Source: Candidatus Levyibacteriota bacterium (GTDB taxonomy: Bacteria; Patescibacteriota; Microgenomatia; Levybacterales; UBA12049). Taken from it: 64,000 nucleotides of DNA. The stretch spans positions 10,561-74,560 of the forward strand of contig SIBS01000003.1 in assembly GCA_009695045.1 (NCBI GenBank), in the 5' to 3' direction. This document shows, piece by piece, positions 61,183 to 64,000 of the stretch. Within the stretch, counting starts at the first letter, position 1. Each line of letters starts with the position of its first letter. The translations under genes and the position numbers were made by a program. The notes below the pieces were generated by a model. The model did not search any database and was not told the DNA's origin. It worked only from the letters and a program-made list of their open reading frames with translations.

Positions 61183-62022
61183 CTATATTGTTTGATCTGT
61201 AATTAAAAGGGTCTTTTGTGAAATTTCTGGTCGTAAAAAAAATCTTGATGGCACATCTTCCAATGAACCATGCGCAAACATCTTGCTTAATGCATTTTGT
61301 TTTGCTTTACCAAATACTAACACAAATAAAAAATCTAGCATCGACAAACCAAGAAATGTCATTGAAATTCTTTCACCAAATATTCCTAATTTATCATTAA
61401 AATCTGAAACAATATTATTCATTATTTCTTTTTCAAATAATGGATTTTTGAAATCTTTTCTATTTCCAGCAATTCCTGCCGTATGTCCATCGGCTCCAAT
61501 TCCTAAAATACCAATTGACTTTGAAAAATCAGCAAAAAGTGAACGAAGTCTATTGTCATATTCTATTGCCGCAGAAGTTCTTCCCAGACTTAATTTATTA
61601 TCATTTATAAAAAGATTTGAATTATCTACCAAATTAGAATCAATTAAAGATTTTTTTTTTAGTATGGAATAAAAGGGAATATTTATTGAATCAAAATATT
61701 TTATTAATCCCGTATTTTCAAGCATAAGCTCATTGCTATTTTTATGAGAAATAGCTCCATATCTTTCATCAATCAAACCAACTGCACCTGGACAAATTAT
61801 GCCTTGATTGGCTATTTCAATATAGAGCTCTCTTGGAGTTTGCCCACCAGACAGCAATAATAATGTTTTCTTTGTAACTATATGCTTAATAATTTTATTA
61901 GCTACATCAAAACCTTCTTCTGCATCTAAAACAGTTATTATAGATAATTCTTTTTTTTGTATTTTTTTATTTATAAGATATGCAAGATATTGCATCTTAA
62001 TGTCTGAAGAAAATTTGAACAA
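61183..62022 (-). CDS. pgl: 6-phosphogluconolactonase
   Basis: LLLSGGQTP and LIDERYG motifs of the NagB/Pgl family. Confidence 0.8.
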   Translation of the reverse strand: MFKFSSDIKMQYLAYLINKKIQKKELSIITVLDAEEGFDVANKIIKHIVTKKTLLLLSGGQTPRELYIEIANQGIICPGAVGLIDERYGAISHKNSNELMLENTGLIKYFDSINIPFYSILKKKSLIDSNLVDNSNLFINDNKLSLGRTSAAIEYDNRLRSLFADFSKSIGILGIGADGHTAGIAGNRKDFKNPLFEKEIMNNIVSDFNDKLGIFGERISMTFLGLSMLDFLFVLVFGKAKQNALSKMFAHGSLEDVPSRFFLRPEISQKTLLITDQTI

Positions 62023-63178
62023 TATCCTTATAAGTTATAAGTATAATTAACAAAAGAAGAATAATCATTCCCATGGTATGTGCATAACTTTCTATTTTAG
62101 AATTTACTTTTTTTCCGGTTACTCCTTCTATAAGAATAAATAAAAGCCTTCCACCATCTAGCGCTGGTATTGGTAGAACATTAAAAAATGCAAGTGATAT
62201 AGAAAGCATACCAGCAAGATTTAGAATTTGAAGTATTCTATCTTTCATATTAGATATTTTGATAATTTCTCCAACAACCGAATAAATTCCAACTGGACCA
62301 CTTACGGCATCTGTAAAATACGAAGAGTCTTTTGTAATCATTGCTATTTTTATAAATTCATTAATAACACTAAAATTATACATCAAGAGATTAACCGGAT
62401 GAACAAAACCAGAAAATAATTTTTGAGAAAAAGTTTCATAATAGAGAACTGATATGACATTAGGAGTTACAACAATTCCCAATGCGCCCTCATTTTTTGG
62501 ATGAATCTTTCTTGGGGTTACTCTTTCTATATAAACTTTATTAGATCCATCATTAGACCAAGAAATAAAAACTTCTTTTCCTTTATTTTCATTGACAATA
62601 CTAATAAATTCTTTGAAATTTTTTAATTTTTTCCCATTAATGCTAATTATTTTTGAGAATTCCTTTAATCCGATTTTTTCAGCAGGAGAATTTTTCATAA
62701 AAGAACGAACAATAATATCTGTATTATTTACCTGATTAACTAGAGAAAATTTATAATTATTAATAAGAATTAGTTCTGTTTTGAAGCCAGATATAGAAAA
62801 GTATATGTAGTAAATAATCACTGCTAGAAGCGCGTTCATCACAACACCAGCGACAACTACTGCAGCACGTTCTCTAACTGGTCTATTAAAAAAAGCCCTT
62901 TTTTTATCTTTTTCTTTTAAAACTAATTCCTTATTACTAACTGATATTTTCCCACCACCGGCTTCATCTTCACCGAGTAATTTTACAAATCCACCAATTG
63001 GTAGCCAGTTTATAGAATATATAGTTTCACCAATTTTTTTACCCCAAAGCCTAGGCGGAATACCAAAACCAAATTCTTCAACTTTAATATTGAATTTTTT
63101 TGCTACAAAATAATGACCAGCTTCATGAATAAGTACCAATATTGAAAGGACTAGAAGAAAAATAATGAGGGTAATCAT
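61997..63178 (-). CDS. rseP: RIP metalloprotease RseP (site-2 protease)
   Basis: HEAGHYFVAKK zinc motif, PDZ domain and LPIPALDGG. Confidence 0.85.
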   Translation of the reverse strand: MITLIIFLLVLSILVLIHEAGHYFVAKKFNIKVEEFGFGIPPRLWGKKIGETIYSINWLPIGGFVKLLGEDEAGGGKISVSNKELVLKEKDKKRAFFNRPVRERAAVVVAGVVMNALLAVIIYYIYFSISGFKTELILINNYKFSLVNQVNNTDIIVRSFMKNSPAEKIGLKEFSKIISINGKKLKNFKEFISIVNENKGKEVFISWSNDGSNKVYIERVTPRKIHPKNEGALGIVVTPNVISVLYYETFSQKLFSGFVHPVNLLMYNFSVINEFIKIAMITKDSSYFTDAVSGPVGIYSVVGEIIKISNMKDRILQILNLAGMLSISLAFFNVLPIPALDGGRLLFILIEGVTGKKVNSKIESYAHTMGMIILLLLIILITYKDIVQIFFRH

Positions 63179-63222
63179 GGTGATTAATTATAGCATAGTA
63201 AAATTTTATTTATATTATCAGA

Positions 63223-63777
63223 TTAAATCTGAATTAGATCTTTTTCTTTATTTTTTCCTATGATATCAATTTCTGAAATAAAATCATTAGTTACTTTTTG
63301 AACTTCTTTTTCTACGCGATCAACTTCATCTTCTGATATACCATCTCTTTCTTTTTTTACCGCGTCCATTGCATCATGACGAACCTGTCGCACCATTATT
63401 CGACCATTTTCCAATTTTTGATGCATAAGCTTAATTAATTGCTGTCTTCTTTCTTGAGAAAGTGGTGGAACAGATATTCTAATTACTTGACCATCACTAC
63501 CTGCATTTAGACCCATATTGGCGTCCTGAATTCCTTTTTGAATTTCACCAATTATAGAATTGTCAAAAGGAGTAATTACTATCGTTTGTGCATCAGATGT
63601 AGTTATCGTAGAAAGCTCCATGAGTCGCATTTTTGCAGTACCACCATAAACACTTATTATAATATTTTCAACAAAAGAAGGGGCTGCCCTACCAGTTCGC
63701 ACAGTTGCAATATCTTGCCTGAGAACTTCAAGCACTTTAATCATCGCCTGTTTAGCTTCCTGAATAATATTATCCAT
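63223..63777 (-). CDS. frr: ribosome recycling factor
   Basis: 184 aa; IATVRTGRAAPSFVENI. Confidence 0.9.
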   Translation of the reverse strand: MDNIIQEAKQAMIKVLEVLRQDIATVRTGRAAPSFVENIIISVYGGTAKMRLMELSTITTSDAQTIVITPFDNSIIGEIQKGIQDANMGLNAGSDGQVIRISVPPLSQERRQQLIKLMHQKLENGRIMVRQVRHDAMDAVKKERDGISEDEVDRVEKEVQKVTNDFISEIDIIGKNKEKDLIQI

Positions 63778-63842
63778 ATTTACAAAAATTATTTAATTAT
63801 TAATGTTATATCATTTTTATAAACTGAGGTGGAGTCTGATTA

Positions 63843-63995
63843 ATTACTCAGATCCCAATTCGTATCTTATAAAGCGTTTAAGAATAGTATTCTCTCCCAT
63901 TTTTGCAATAGATTCCTTTATCAAATGACGTATTGTCTTTGATGTATCTCTTATATATTCTTGATTAAGCAATTCTTCTAAATTTTTTGGGTTCA
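63843..63995 (-). CDS. small ORF or C-terminal part of a gene entering from beyond the window end
   Basis: MNPKNLEELLNQEYIRDTSKTIRHLIKESIAKMGENTILKRFIRYELGSE*; no motif. Confidence 0.2.
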
Positions 63996-64000
63996 TAGCT

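Noticed and set aside
1-64000. CRISPR arrays, prophage blocks, toxin-antitoxin or other compact defence loci
   Set aside because: No regularly spaced direct repeats were found, and there are no nuclease, helicase or ATPase clusters of unknown function. The hypotheticals are mostly secreted or membrane proteins scattered among housekeeping operons.

Overview
The window is AT-rich (roughly 30% GC by eye) and densely coding, from a small-genome bacterium. Gene content and short protein lengths resemble Patescibacteria/CPR-like organisms. That placement is my inference and is not proven.

Most of the window is housekeeping. It includes xer, transaldolase, yebC, rluD-like, efp, dnaB, hisS behind a T-box leader, rpmE, prfA, the rpsF-ssb-rpsR operon, ychF, cysS, recR-ybaB-dnaX, two tandem prs genes, ybeY/rpsU, hpt, proS, an oxidative pentose-phosphate cluster (pgl, zwf, an unknown ORF, gnd), rseP and frr. 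There are two type-II tRNAs: Leu-CAA, and a Ser-like tRNA with an odd ACU anticodon.

I found no CRISPR array, no obvious defence island and no clear prophage. The less ordinary parts are:
- a 1.07-kb non-coding island (3893-4961) with a cluster of DnaA-box-like 9-mers and palindromes;
- a T-box leader followed by a small SD-driven ORF ahead of hisS;
- a FemAB-like aminoacyltransferase fused to a spermidine-synthase-like domain;
- a GT4 glycosyltransferase with an unknown C-terminal domain, overlapped by a GH130-like gene;
- a decaying copper-handling locus with a truncated P-type ATPase and two cupredoxin-like proteins;
- an EF-P with Arg in place of the modified Lys;
- apparent frameshift or missing-start segments around 29.9-30.7 kb.

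All calls rest on motif recognition by eye. No searches were run.
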